64,000 nucleotides of DNA, taken from NCBI GenBank assembly GCA_963662405.2, contig CAXXKT010000002.1, positions 194,484 to 258,483 on the forward strand, written 5' to 3'. Below are positions 27,733 through 36,823 of this stretch, one piece after another (the first letter of the stretch is position 1; the number at the start of each line of letters is the position of its first letter). A program made the translations under genes and the position numbers. The notes under the pieces were generated by a model, which saw only the letters and a list, made by a program, of their open reading frames with translations, did not search any database and was not told where the DNA came from. Source of the stretch: Syntrophales bacterium (GTDB lineage Bacteria; Desulfobacterota; Syntrophia; Syntrophales; UBA2210).

Positions 27733-29052
27733 TTAACACTGTCCGCCGTCATCAACCCCTCGGATATATGCGAGGACCTTCATCTGGTCACGCAGGGGGG
27801 GGATGGAATCCCTGCGTGGGGCAACGGGAAACCGCCCGTTCGTCATAGTTGTCATCGCTTCCAGTGCTGCGAACATGTTCACGAGAGGAAAGCGGGCCGT
27901 CGTCAGGTAACGGATCAGCTTGAAGGTCTCAAACCCATCGAACCACCGGGCAAAATGATCGCGGAGATGGGCCTGATCACCGCTGTTGTCCACGAGTCGG
28001 GGCCACACCTCTCCGAAGCGACGAGAACGGAGAAATTCTCCCAGTGTCGGATGAATCTTCCCCGCACGGGCCAGGATAGTCTCCGGGTCTTGATCCGTGC
28101 ACGATGACATATGGGAGAGCCATTCCTTGAGGACTCCAAAACAGCGAGGATCATAGAGGAGGTACTCGTTCTTCTCTCCTCCGGTAAAGCGGATGACCCG
28201 TTTGCCCGTCCCGAAGGGGACACGCTCCGATGCCCGTGCAGAGGGGTGGACGGTGGTTGCCGTGATCCTCTTCATCCGTCCCGTCTTCGCAAGCTTGTCG
28301 AGAAAGTAGAAATCCTCTCCCGCCCTGCGGGTATTCATCCCCCTGACGGCCGCGTACGCCCCGGCGGTGCACACCATCGTGGAACCGATGGAATGAAAGG
28401 CATAGGGCGACCCGGCGTACCGCAGACCGAGAACGTAATAGCGAAGAAAGAGTTCGTAGCAGCAGATGGCAGACTGCTCATCGGTCCGCTCGGCCGCCTG
28501 GTGGGCAAAGGAAACCACGGCCGCAGCGAACTCATCCCGTTCAAAGACCTTTCGCACGGCGGATAGATAGGACGGCTCGACCAGTGTGTCGGCATCCAGG
28601 GAGGCGATTATCATGGGGCGATTGGTTCCATACACGAACACCCTCAGGGCGAGGTCCATCCCTATTTTTCTCGCGAGCCCCACCCCGGCGGTCTTCTCCG
28701 GCATCTCCAGTCCCGGCGTGGAGGCGTCGACATACCCGACCCGCAGACCATTGTCGTCCGAATCGGCAAGCCCCTGTAATCTCTCCAGAGTCTTTCGGTT
28801 GTCGGCAACATCCTTCGCCGATACACTATCGGGGGGCGCATTATTGACGACACAGAGAACGAGCGTGCGTTCGAGCTCCGCCCGGGGATTTTTTCCAAGA
28901 CTGGCAAGAGTCGTGAAGAGGTGCTTCGATTCGGCAAGGGCGGGGATCACGACGACAGTGTCGATCCCCTCAAGCGATCGGGAGACGATGCGCCACCGGT
29001 CACCCACGGACCAGCGGGTCAGATATTTCTGAATATTCCGGTCGAGGGTCAT
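27733..29052 (-). CDS. Glycosyltransferase family-2-like protein with an uncharacterised ~150-aa C-terminal extension
   Basis: 439 aa. It has a GT-A style N-terminus (VVVIPALAE..., VVNNAPPDS), a DxD-like ASLDADT and AGEDFYFLDKL. The start overlaps the miaA stop in an ATGA. The family assignment is tentative. Confidence 0.6.
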   Translation of the reverse strand: MTLDRNIQKYLTRWSVGDRWRIVSRSLEGIDTVVVIPALAESKHLFTTLASLGKNPRAELERTLVLCVVNNAPPDSVSAKDVADNRKTLERLQGLADSDDNGLRVGYVDASTPGLEMPEKTAGVGLARKIGMDLALRVFVYGTNRPMIIASLDADTLVEPSYLSAVRKVFERDEFAAAVVSFAHQAAERTDEQSAICCYELFLRYYVLGLRYAGSPYAFHSIGSTMVCTAGAYAAVRGMNTRRAGEDFYFLDKLAKTGRMKRITATTVHPSARASERVPFGTGKRVIRFTGGEKNEYLLYDPRCFGVLKEWLSHMSSCTDQDPETILARAGKIHPTLGEFLRSRRFGEVWPRLVDNSGDQAHLRDHFARWFDGFETFKLIRYLTTARFPLVNMFAALEAMTTMTNGRFPVAPRRDSIPPLRDQMKVLAYIRGVDDGGQC

Positions 29053-29969
29053 CCGACATGCCCCTCGACCAGTGTCCGGAGCACTTCGTAATCGGCACCG
29101 TCTATCCAGTGGATCACGGTGCCCCGGCGTTCCATCCCCCTGAACCAGGTCATCTGCCGCTTGGCGAACTGGTGGATCCGCGTATTCAAAAGCCCGAACA
29201 TCTCGTCAAAATCCATCTCCCCCTGGAGATAACGGCCCACGTACCGGTATTCGAGGCCGAACGAGTCCAGTCGTCCCCAGCTCACGCCTCGTTCATTGAG
29301 CGTTCTCACCTCATCGATCATCCCCGCATCGAGACGCTCCCTGAGACGCCGGGTGATCCTCTCTCGCTGGATCGATCGATCCAATCGGATACCGATGACG
29401 AAGGGTGATATGACCGGGACTTCCGGTCCATCGCCTTGACGCGCCTCTTCATATTCCGCGATCTCGATAGCCCGGACGAGCCGATCTCGTTCCTCCGTAT
29501 CCGTGGTGTTATGGAGGTTCGGATTGGTCCGATAGAATCGCTCCCGCAGTGCATCCATGCCCGCTTCGTTCAGTTCCTCACGCAACGCCTGATTTTCGGG
29601 AACCGCGAGCATGACATACCCCCGGACGACGGATTCGACATATAACCCCGTCCCCCCCACCATGATCGGCATGATTCCCCGCTCTCTGAGTCGGGAAAAG
29701 CAACGGTAGAAGCATTGCTGGTACTCGAAAAGATTGAACTCATACCCGGGATCAACGATATCAATCAGGTGACAGGGGACCGTGACACCGTCCACATCAA
29801 ATTCATCGAGGTCCTTTCCCGTCCCTAGGTCCATGCCCCGGTACACCTGGCGAGAATCGGCGGAGATTACTTCAGAGCACCGATCCCGCGCCAACCGGGC
29901 GGCGATCCGCGTCTTGCCGCTCGCCGTTGGTCCCAGGATCACAATCAGGTTATATCCTTTTTGTCTCAT
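29049..29969 (-). CDS. miaA: tRNA dimethylallyltransferase
   Basis: Matching blocks are LIVILGPTASGKTRIAARLA, ISADSRQVYRGMDLGT and MVGGTGLY. Confidence 0.95.
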   Translation of the reverse strand: MRQKGYNLIVILGPTASGKTRIAARLARDRCSEVISADSRQVYRGMDLGTGKDLDEFDVDGVTVPCHLIDIVDPGYEFNLFEYQQCFYRCFSRLRERGIMPIMVGGTGLYVESVVRGYVMLAVPENQALREELNEAGMDALRERFYRTNPNLHNTTDTEERDRLVRAIEIAEYEEARQGDGPEVPVISPFVIGIRLDRSIQRERITRRLRERLDAGMIDEVRTLNERGVSWGRLDSFGLEYRYVGRYLQGEMDFDEMFGLLNTRIHQFAKRQMTWFRGMERRGTVIHWIDGADYEVLRTLVEGHVG

Positions 29970-30095
29970 CTGTTTACGAAATATTTTTTTTGGTGTAAGA
30001 CTCCGTCAGAATCATCTGAAAAGAAACCCGGGCGACCTTAGCACGTTTGATATCAAAGGTAATTCAATCAACTGAAAGCTGTTGTTACATATCAT

Positions 30096-31454
30096 ATGAA
30101 ACCGGATAAAGAAACAAGACACCTCGACCTGGGAACGGCGCCTATCGGATACCTCCTCCTGCGGATGAGCCTCCCCTCCATCGTGGCCATGCTTATCATG
30201 GCCCTGTACAACGTGGTGGACACCTTCTGGATCGGCAAGATAAGTCCGGAGGCCATCGCCGCCCTTACCATCTGTTTTCCCATTCAGATGTTGTTCGGAG
30301 CGATCGGTGTCGGAACGGGCATAGGTGCCGGGTCGTTCACCGCCCGTATGTTCGGCGCGGGAGAGGTCACAAAAGCAAATCGGGTGGCGGGACAGATCAT
30401 CTTCCTCGCCGCCCTGTTCGGTATCATGACCATCGTTCTGAGCGGGAGTGGTGCGGAACCAACCCTGAGATTCTTTGGTGCGACGGAGCGCATCCTCCCC
30501 CTCTCGAAGGGATATTTCGGCTTTATCGTCTTCGGCGCCCCCTTTCTCTTCTTCATGATGATGTCCGACTTTCTCTTCCGTGCCGAGGGGAACCCGAATA
30601 TGCCCATGTTCGTCATTACCACTTCGGCATTGCTCAATGCGGTCCTTGATCCTTTCCTGATCTTCGGGTGGGGTCCTTTCCCCGAAATGGGTGTCCGGGG
30701 GGCGGGACTCGCCACGGCAATCGCCCAGTTTTCGACATCCTTTCTGTCTCTTTATTTCCTGCTGTCACGCCGTTCCGGGTACCGGATACACCCGGGCGAT
30801 CTGATTCCCCGCTGGTCGATCATTGTATCCATCTATCATGTCGGTATCCCAACCCTCATTACCCATATCGCCCTGAGTGCGGTGTTGATACTCTATAACC
30901 ATCGTTTAGCCGGTTTCGGTCACCTGGCAGTCGCTTCTCTGGGGCTGGGATTCAGGATCAACGGGGTTCTGATGATGATTCTCTTCGGCATCGGCGACGG
31001 GGTGATGCCGATAACAGGTTTTAATTACGGGGCACGTACCTATGACCGTATCGGCGAAGTCAAGCGGGTGGCAACCATCGCTTCGACCGTTATAGGCGGG
31101 GCAGCCACTCTCCTGATCGAACTATGGGCCCGTCCGCTCCTGATGATCTTTACCACCGACTCCGAACTCCTCGCCATCGCCGTCCCCGCACTCAGGATCT
31201 TTGTCGCGACACAGTTCCTCATCGGACCGGTAGTCACGTCGATCAACATCTTCACGGGTCTGGGGAAAGGGGTCACCTCCATGATATTGCTGGTCGGCCA
31301 TCAGCTCCTCTTCGTCGCTCCGTTGATCTACGTCCTGCCTCTATGGTGCGGTCTGCGCGGCGTATGGATGGCTCAACCGATCTCCAACATCATATCGTTC
31401 GCCATCATATCATTCTGGGCAACAAGGGTGCTGCACGGTTTGAAGGAACGGTAA
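30096..31454 (+). CDS. MATE family efflux transporter
   Basis: 452 aa with about 12 TM segments and a typical MATE N-terminus (LLRMSLPSIVAMLIMALYNVVDTFWIGK). Confidence 0.9.
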   Translation: MKPDKETRHLDLGTAPIGYLLLRMSLPSIVAMLIMALYNVVDTFWIGKISPEAIAALTICFPIQMLFGAIGVGTGIGAGSFTARMFGAGEVTKANRVAGQIIFLAALFGIMTIVLSGSGAEPTLRFFGATERILPLSKGYFGFIVFGAPFLFFMMMSDFLFRAEGNPNMPMFVITTSALLNAVLDPFLIFGWGPFPEMGVRGAGLATAIAQFSTSFLSLYFLLSRRSGYRIHPGDLIPRWSIIVSIYHVGIPTLITHIALSAVLILYNHRLAGFGHLAVASLGLGFRINGVLMMILFGIGDGVMPITGFNYGARTYDRIGEVKRVATIASTVIGGAATLLIELWARPLLMIFTTDSELLAIAVPALRIFVATQFLIGPVVTSINIFTGLGKGVTSMILLVGHQLLFVAPLIYVLPLWCGLRGVWMAQPISNIISFAIISFWATRVLHGLKER

Positions 31455-31459
31455 TCGAT

Positions 31460-32062
31460 CTACCCTTCCCGGAACAGCTCGTAAAATTTGATGACCTTTC
31501 GAACATAATCCTTCGTCTCCGGGAACGGGGGGATTCCCTCAGAGCGTTCGACACTCTCGACGCCGGCATTGTAGGCCGCAAGGGCCAGGCGGATATCGCC
31601 GCGAAACCGATCCAGAAGCCGGCGCAGATGGAGCGCCCCTCCCATGATACTCTCTCGCGGATCAAAGGGATCTCGGATACCGAGGGGTTGAAAGTTGGAA
31701 GGCATGATCTGCATGAGCCCCTTGGCTCCCTTTTTCGATACGGCCTGCGGATCAAAATCGGATTCGGTCTTTATCACCGCCTTCAAGAGCGGCATGGAAA
31801 GGTCATACTTCCGGGAGGCCTCCCGTATATGCTCGTCGTACCGATCCGTCGAATACGATACGGAAAACGGTTTCCTCTCCCGGATAATGACGCGGTAGTT
31901 CGATGTTCGGGGGATCATATTGGTGAAGCAGCGGTTGCCTTCCTCGTCCACATACAGGTAGACATCCGCGTGGAGCGGTTCAGCCGCTGATACGAGCAAT
32001 ATTGTGATGAATACGAGGTACCATACGGTTCTGCGGCTCCAAGGTGCCATTGCTGTGAGCAT
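31460..32062 (-). CDS. Lytic transglycosylase (SLT domain) with N-terminal DUF4124-like region
   Basis: A signal peptide is followed by VYLYVDEEGNRCFTN and then the SLT catalytic region IKTESDFDPQAVSKKGAKGLMQIMPS and AYNAG. Confidence 0.85.
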   Translation of the reverse strand: MLTAMAPWSRRTVWYLVFITILLVSAAEPLHADVYLYVDEEGNRCFTNMIPRTSNYRVIIRERKPFSVSYSTDRYDEHIREASRKYDLSMPLLKAVIKTESDFDPQAVSKKGAKGLMQIMPSNFQPLGIRDPFDPRESIMGGALHLRRLLDRFRGDIRLALAAYNAGVESVERSEGIPPFPETKDYVRKVIKFYELFREG

Positions 32063-32097
32063 CCCCCCCCCCGTTCAGTACCGAGACCGCCGGTAAA

Positions 32098-33366
32098 TCA
32101 GTCCAGCAGATGAACAAACATGCCGCTCCTGAGCTTCGGCTCAAACCAAGTGGATTTCGGGGGCATGATCTCCCCCCTGTCCGCGATCCGCATGATCTGA
32201 TCCATGGTCGTGGGGTAAAGCGAAAAGGCCACGGCATAGGCGCCCGAATCGACCAATCGCTCCAGCTCGTGCATCCCCCGTATCCCTCCGACAAAGGTAA
32301 TTCTCTCGTCGGTCCTCGGATCTCCGATGCCCAAAATGGGTCTCAGGAGATTATCCTGGAGCAGGGAAACGTCCAGAGCCGCAACCGGATCTTCCGGATC
32401 GCCCGCCCCCTCTTTCATCTGCAGTCTGTACCACTTCCCCTTAAGGTACATCCCGAATTCTCCCTTCCGCTCAGGAGAGCGGCGACTGAAATCGCCTGAA
32501 ACATCGAAACGCTCACGAACTTTTGTGATAAATGCTTCTTCATCGCTCCCGCCCAGGTCTCTGACCACCCGGTTGTAGTCCATGATCTTGAGCTGATCGT
32601 CGGGGAAAATAACGGCCATGATCCGGTTGTACTCCTCCGTCCCATCATGATCCGGGTTCGCATCCCTGCGCATCCGGGCTACGGTGGCGGCAGCGGCCAT
32701 CCGATGATGCCCGTCGGCGATATAAAGTGAATCGAGGTGTCCAAACTCTTTTTCGATCTTCGTAATGGATGCGTCATCACCCACAATCCATACGGTATGG
32801 GCGATTCCATCGTCTGCGGTAAAGTCATACTCAGGCTTGCCGGAGGTGATTTCCCGAATCAGACCGTCAATCATACGTGAAGCACGGTAGGTCAGGTAGA
32901 TGGGACCTGTCTGGGCATCCACCCGGTCAATGTGCCGTGTGCGGTCTGCTTCTTTATCATTCCGTGTCAGTTCATGACGCTTGATCATCCCTGATTCGTA
33001 ATCAGACGCATTAACACACCCGACTAACCCGTACTGGACATGATAACCCATCGCCTGCCTATAGATATAGAAAGAAGCCTTCTCATCCTGAAAAAGGGTC
33101 CCATCGCACAGAAAGGCATCCAGGTTCTCTTGGGCTCGTGCGTATACCTCTTCACAATCGGAGACGATATCGTCCGGCAAGTCCACCTCCGATTTTACGA
33201 TATGTAAGAAGCTCTTTGCGTTCTCACGCGTGAGAATCCTCGCCTCACGAGAGTCGATCACATCATAGGGGTAGGATGCAACATCCTTCACATCTTGTCT
33301 TTGGGGCCGTACGGCCCTGAAGGGCTTTACCGCAACCATCGAAATTACTCCACTCAGTTTGGGCAC
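32098..33366 (-). CDS. DUF1015 domain-containing protein
   Basis: Matching blocks are VKPFRAVRP....VASYPYDVI and IADGHHR... The real start is probably the internal MVAV. Confidence 0.8.
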   Translation of the reverse strand: MPKLSGVISMVAVKPFRAVRPQRQDVKDVASYPYDVIDSREARILTRENAKSFLHIVKSEVDLPDDIVSDCEEVYARAQENLDAFLCDGTLFQDEKASFYIYRQAMGYHVQYGLVGCVNASDYESGMIKRHELTRNDKEADRTRHIDRVDAQTGPIYLTYRASRMIDGLIREITSGKPEYDFTADDGIAHTVWIVGDDASITKIEKEFGHLDSLYIADGHHRMAAAATVARMRRDANPDHDGTEEYNRIMAVIFPDDQLKIMDYNRVVRDLGGSDEEAFITKVRERFDVSGDFSRRSPERKGEFGMYLKGKWYRLQMKEGAGDPEDPVAALDVSLLQDNLLRPILGIGDPRTDERITFVGGIRGMHELERLVDSGAYAVAFSLYPTTMDQIMRIADRGEIMPPKSTWFEPKLRSGMFVHLLD

Positions 33367-33485
33367 CTTCTAGCACAGTCGGTATCTTCAAGCAATAAAA
33401 TCCGACGACCACCGCTGTCTCCTTGCAAATTTTTCAATTGGATAGTAAGAACCGCTACAAAACGCCACGAAATAGAGGATTCGGC

Positions 33486-33962
33486 ATGACAACCAGGGTC
33501 TTTGTGCACGGTCTCGAGGGGAGTAGTCAGGGGACAAAATCACAGTTCTTCAGAAAACGATACCCGGACATGATCATAGAGGATTACACGGGGGGGATCG
33601 AAGAACGCATGGAAAAGCTGCGCCGTGTACTCACCGGCGTGAAGGACCTGATACTGGTCGGTTCCAGCTATGGAGGTCTGATGGCGACCATGTACGCCTG
33701 CGATCACGAGGCGCAAACCCGGAGGGTAATACTCCTGGCGCCCGCCCTCAACCTGGAGGAATTCAGGCCATACCTGAACCAAGCGGTTGGAATTCCCGTC
33801 ACACTGTATCACGGCAGCCGGGATAATATCGTCCCCGTGGGAGAGGTTCGCGAAATCGCGTCTCGTGTCTTTACGGATCTGACTCACCACGTCGTGGACG
33901 ACGATCATCCCCTCAGTGAGACATTTCCTACTTTTGACTGGGACACGTTGCTTGCCGATTAA
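33486..33962 (+). CDS. Alpha/beta hydrolase (YqiA-like esterase)
   Basis: MTTRVFVHGLEGSSQG is followed by the nucleophile elbow GSSYGG and the C-terminal DDDHPL. The track ORF starts at 33423, but the ATG at 33486 fits the family. Confidence 0.7.
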   Translation: MTTRVFVHGLEGSSQGTKSQFFRKRYPDMIIEDYTGGIEERMEKLRRVLTGVKDLILVGSSYGGLMATMYACDHEAQTRRVILLAPALNLEEFRPYLNQAVGIPVTLYHGSRDNIVPVGEVREIASRVFTDLTHHVVDDDHPLSETFPTFDWDTLLAD

Positions 33963-34016
33963 GGCCTTGACTCTTCAGTAAGATTAGGATAACCGAACCT
34001 ATCGGAGAAACACACT

Positions 34017-34427
34017 ATGTATTCAAAAAAGATAGTCATTCGCTACGGGGCTCAGATTGTAGACAAGCCCGTGGTATACAGCCTGGTCAAAGACTACGAT
34101 CTCGCCTTCAACATTATGAGGGCGCGGATATCCCCGCGGAGGGAGGGGGTCATGGTCCTCGACCTGACCGGGACAAAGAAGAATTTCGACCGGGCCATAC
34201 GGTACCTCAGGGAACTGGGACTCACGGTCGAGCCTCTCTCAAAGAGCGTGACCCGTAATACCGACCGGTGTGTGCATTGCGGGGCATGTCTGGCATTCTG
34301 CTCCACCAACGCCCTCTCCATCGATAGAGATACGATGGAAGTCCTCTTCGACCCTGAAAAATGTAATGGCTGTGAACTGTGCGTCAAGGCCTGCCCCGCG
34401 CGGGCGATGGCGACCGACCTGTTGTAA
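34017..34427 (+). CDS. NIL domain plus 2x[4Fe-4S] ferredoxin domain protein
   Basis: The N-terminal NIL-like domain shows DKPVVYSLVKDYDLAFNIMRARI..REGVMVLDLTG. Two cluster motifs follow: CVHCGACLAFC and CNGCELCVKACP. Confidence 0.8.
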   Translation: MYSKKIVIRYGAQIVDKPVVYSLVKDYDLAFNIMRARISPRREGVMVLDLTGTKKNFDRAIRYLRELGLTVEPLSKSVTRNTDRCVHCGACLAFCSTNALSIDRDTMEVLFDPEKCNGCELCVKACPARAMATDLL

Positions 34428-34459
34428 ATCATCTCCCGTCCGCCCTGTGATACAAAGCT

Positions 34460-34786
34460 CTATCTCTGTTCTGCGGTGTCTCTCTTCTCCTTGATCGTTT
34501 CACCCACCTTCTCAACGACGTCTTTTCCCGCCTCGATGATCCGCTCGCGCTGATCTCCTATCTTATCGACCACCTCTCGGACAGTCTCAGGAAATCTTTC
34601 AGGTTCGCCGCTGTAGTGATAGTATCCATAGCCAAAAACGATACCGATGACCAGCAGGACAAGGATGGTGACCAGGATAAATTGCACCATCTTTCTGATC
34701 ACGAAATAGATCAGTACCAAAGCGATGGCAGCCAGGACAACAAGGACTACCGGATGGGCTGACAAATAGGCAACAAGATCATCCAT
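34460..34786 (-). CDS. Hypothetical membrane protein (2 TM segments plus charged tail)
   Basis: 108-aa ORF with two clear hydrophobic helices. No family was recognised. Confidence 0.5.
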   Translation of the reverse strand: MDDLVAYLSAHPVVLVVLAAIALVLIYFVIRKMVQFILVTILVLLVIGIVFGYGYYHYSGEPERFPETVREVVDKIGDQRERIIEAGKDVVEKVGETIKEKRDTAEQR

Positions 34787-34819
34787 AACACAACCTCCTG
34801 TCTTCCGTACATTTTAAGG

Positions 34820-35107
34820 TTACGGTGCATCAACCCACTTTTTCAGGATCTCGATGATCTTCACCGCCTGATCCTCACTCGATATATTGAATTTGCTCTG
34901 CTGCCGGTACTCACCGTTGATCTTGCGATACCGCCTGATGGTGAAACGCGGTGGTCCGTACTCCCCCTTGGCGCGGTTCCAGTCCTGGTATCTGAACAGC
35001 AGCGTCGCCCACGCCCCCTTCGAAAGGACCTCCTTATCCAACTCTTTAACAACAACCGTACCGTCCTCTTCATATTGGACCGTAAGCCCACTCACATCTG
35101 AAGCCAT
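34820..35107 (-). CDS. Hypothetical protein (95 aa)
   Basis: It is an uninterrupted ORF with protein-like composition, co-directional with its neighbours. No family was recognised. Confidence 0.5.
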   Translation of the reverse strand: MASDVSGLTVQYEEDGTVVVKELDKEVLSKGAWATLLFRYQDWNRAKGEYGPPRFTIRRYRKINGEYRQQSKFNISSEDQAVKIIEILKKWVDAP

Positions 35108-35118
35108 ACATCATCCTT

Positions 35119-35976
35119 TCATGGTGCAGAAATTTTTTCCATTTGTTCAACGATCAGATCCCCCATCCGTTCACTATGGGTCTCCCGGTTGCTTGAGAGC
35201 ATTTCCATCTTGGCACGGGGGATGAGATCGGCCATTCGGTGTATCATATCCAGGCCATGCAGTGTATCGGTCCTGGCGCCTATGATCACTACCGGAGAAG
35301 AAATATCCGGCAATCTGTTCCACGCCTTGTAGTCCTTTATCGCAAATGCGTTCGCCTTCAAACGCCTCGGGTCGGCTGCGTCCAGTGTTCCTTCATACTT
35401 TTTCACCTGTTCCGGCTCCCTCCGTTTGTCCAGCCGGACGTTGCGCAGGTACCATTTCAGGAAAGGTTTGATCACGGAATACAGCGACGGCGGCACCGGT
35501 CGGAGAAGGAGGGGAAGCCAGAATGGATATGTCAACTCTCCGATGGGCGCTATCAGGATGGAACGTTCGGGCTGCCTTCGAGAATCGCTCAGATAGTCCA
35601 GGATAACGGTCGCGCCCAATGAAGATCCCACAAGACAGAACCTCTTGTCAAGCGGCACTTTTGTATCAACGATCTCAAAGAGGTCCCGGCTCATACGGGG
35701 CATTGAAAAATCGACCCGCGCAGGGCTTCGGGCAAGAACGGCGCTGACTTTTTCCCGGGTCTCAACATAGAGCGTCCGATACCGGGGGACAACCCTCCGC
35801 AACACCTCCCGCCATCCGTCAAGTTGTGATATCCAGCCGGCGACGAAGATGATCATCGGCCTCTCCGGCACATCACAGGCAGGAATAAAATCGATCATCC
35901 TGAGGGTAACACCATCGGACGTGACAATATGATCCACTTCCGAACTGACGGATGAGTTGATATCCCGGTACGCCAT
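35119..35976 (-). CDS. Alpha/beta hydrolase
   Basis: Oxyanion-region IIFVAGW and the nucleophile elbow VGSSLGA are present. The 285-aa length fits the fold. Confidence 0.8.
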   Translation of the reverse strand: MAYRDINSSVSSEVDHIVTSDGVTLRMIDFIPACDVPERPMIIFVAGWISQLDGWREVLRRVVPRYRTLYVETREKVSAVLARSPARVDFSMPRMSRDLFEIVDTKVPLDKRFCLVGSSLGATVILDYLSDSRRQPERSILIAPIGELTYPFWLPLLLRPVPPSLYSVIKPFLKWYLRNVRLDKRREPEQVKKYEGTLDAADPRRLKANAFAIKDYKAWNRLPDISSPVVIIGARTDTLHGLDMIHRMADLIPRAKMEMLSSNRETHSERMGDLIVEQMEKISAP

Positions 35977-36139
35977 ACCCCTCCTTTTGTGGCGAAATCG
36001 TAGTTCGATTTTCTACCGCAATCTCTTCTTCGATTCAACCCCTATTACACCTCATCTCCGGTATAACCGGTCTTCCCACATTTTTTCGTTGACATCTTCC
36101 GTCCCTTTCAGATACACAGCGATGCGGATGCCATATTTC

Positions 36140-36290
36140 AACATACACTGATGGAAGCGAGGAAGCCGGTGTGAATCCGGCGCTGCCCCGCAGCCGTAAC
36201 GGGAACGAAACCCCATGATGCCACTGTCCCGGTCGGGATGGGAAGGCGGGTAAGTAGGATGCCCGAAGCCGGAATACTGCTCCAATCAGA
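36140..36290 (+). promoter_or_regulatory. Cobalamin riboswitch, copy 1
   Basis: The core is GGAAGCCGGTGTGAATCCGGCGCTGCCCCGCAGCCGTAA, the B12 box is GCCACTG (about 36220), and the 3' element is GCCCGAAGCCGGAATACTGC. It is followed by GGGAGGG-N7-ATG. Ends are approximate. Confidence 0.8.
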
Positions 36291-36514
36291 ATCCTCGCGG
36301 GAGGGATATCATATGAAGTTTCCATTATTGCCATCATAAAACCGTAGCCTCTTACCCGATCGTCGCACCTGCCTTTTTCGTGATGCACGTTGCGCCTTCC
36401 TCCGTTTCAAAGCGGGTACATGACGTGAAGCACTGATCCATGTCCTCAAAAGAAGGCGTCAGGCGGGCAAGAGGTCGTTCAGGGGTATTTTCACCGCAGT
36501 GGCGGGTGATACAC

Positions 36515-36690
36515 ACCCAGGTATGAAAGCGTTCGTCGGCACAAGGAAGCCGGTGCAAATCCGGCGCTGCCCCGCAACTGTCAGCGGCACGAAATCCACA
36601 GAAAAGCCACTGTTCCGATGCCTCGGAATGGGAAGGCGTGGAGAGTAGGCCTATCCGCGAGCCAGGAGACTTTGCGACGGACATGGACCA
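36515..36690 (+). promoter_or_regulatory. Cobalamin riboswitch, copy 2
   Basis: The core is GGAAGCCGGTGCAAATCCGGCGCTGCCCCGCAACTGTCA, the B12 box is AGCCACTG (about 36606), and the 3' element is CGCGAGCCAGGAGACTTTGC. It is followed by AAGGAGG-N6-ATG. Ends are approximate. Confidence 0.85.
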
Positions 36691-36823
36691 ATCCGAACCG
36701 AGGGGAAAGGAGGTTATCATGAAGCACGACAGGATCCATGGCCCGCCCACATGAACAGGGAATCGTCCGGTGCCAATCAATTCAAAGCAACAACAACGCA
36801 CGTATCGTATGGAGGAATCGAAG

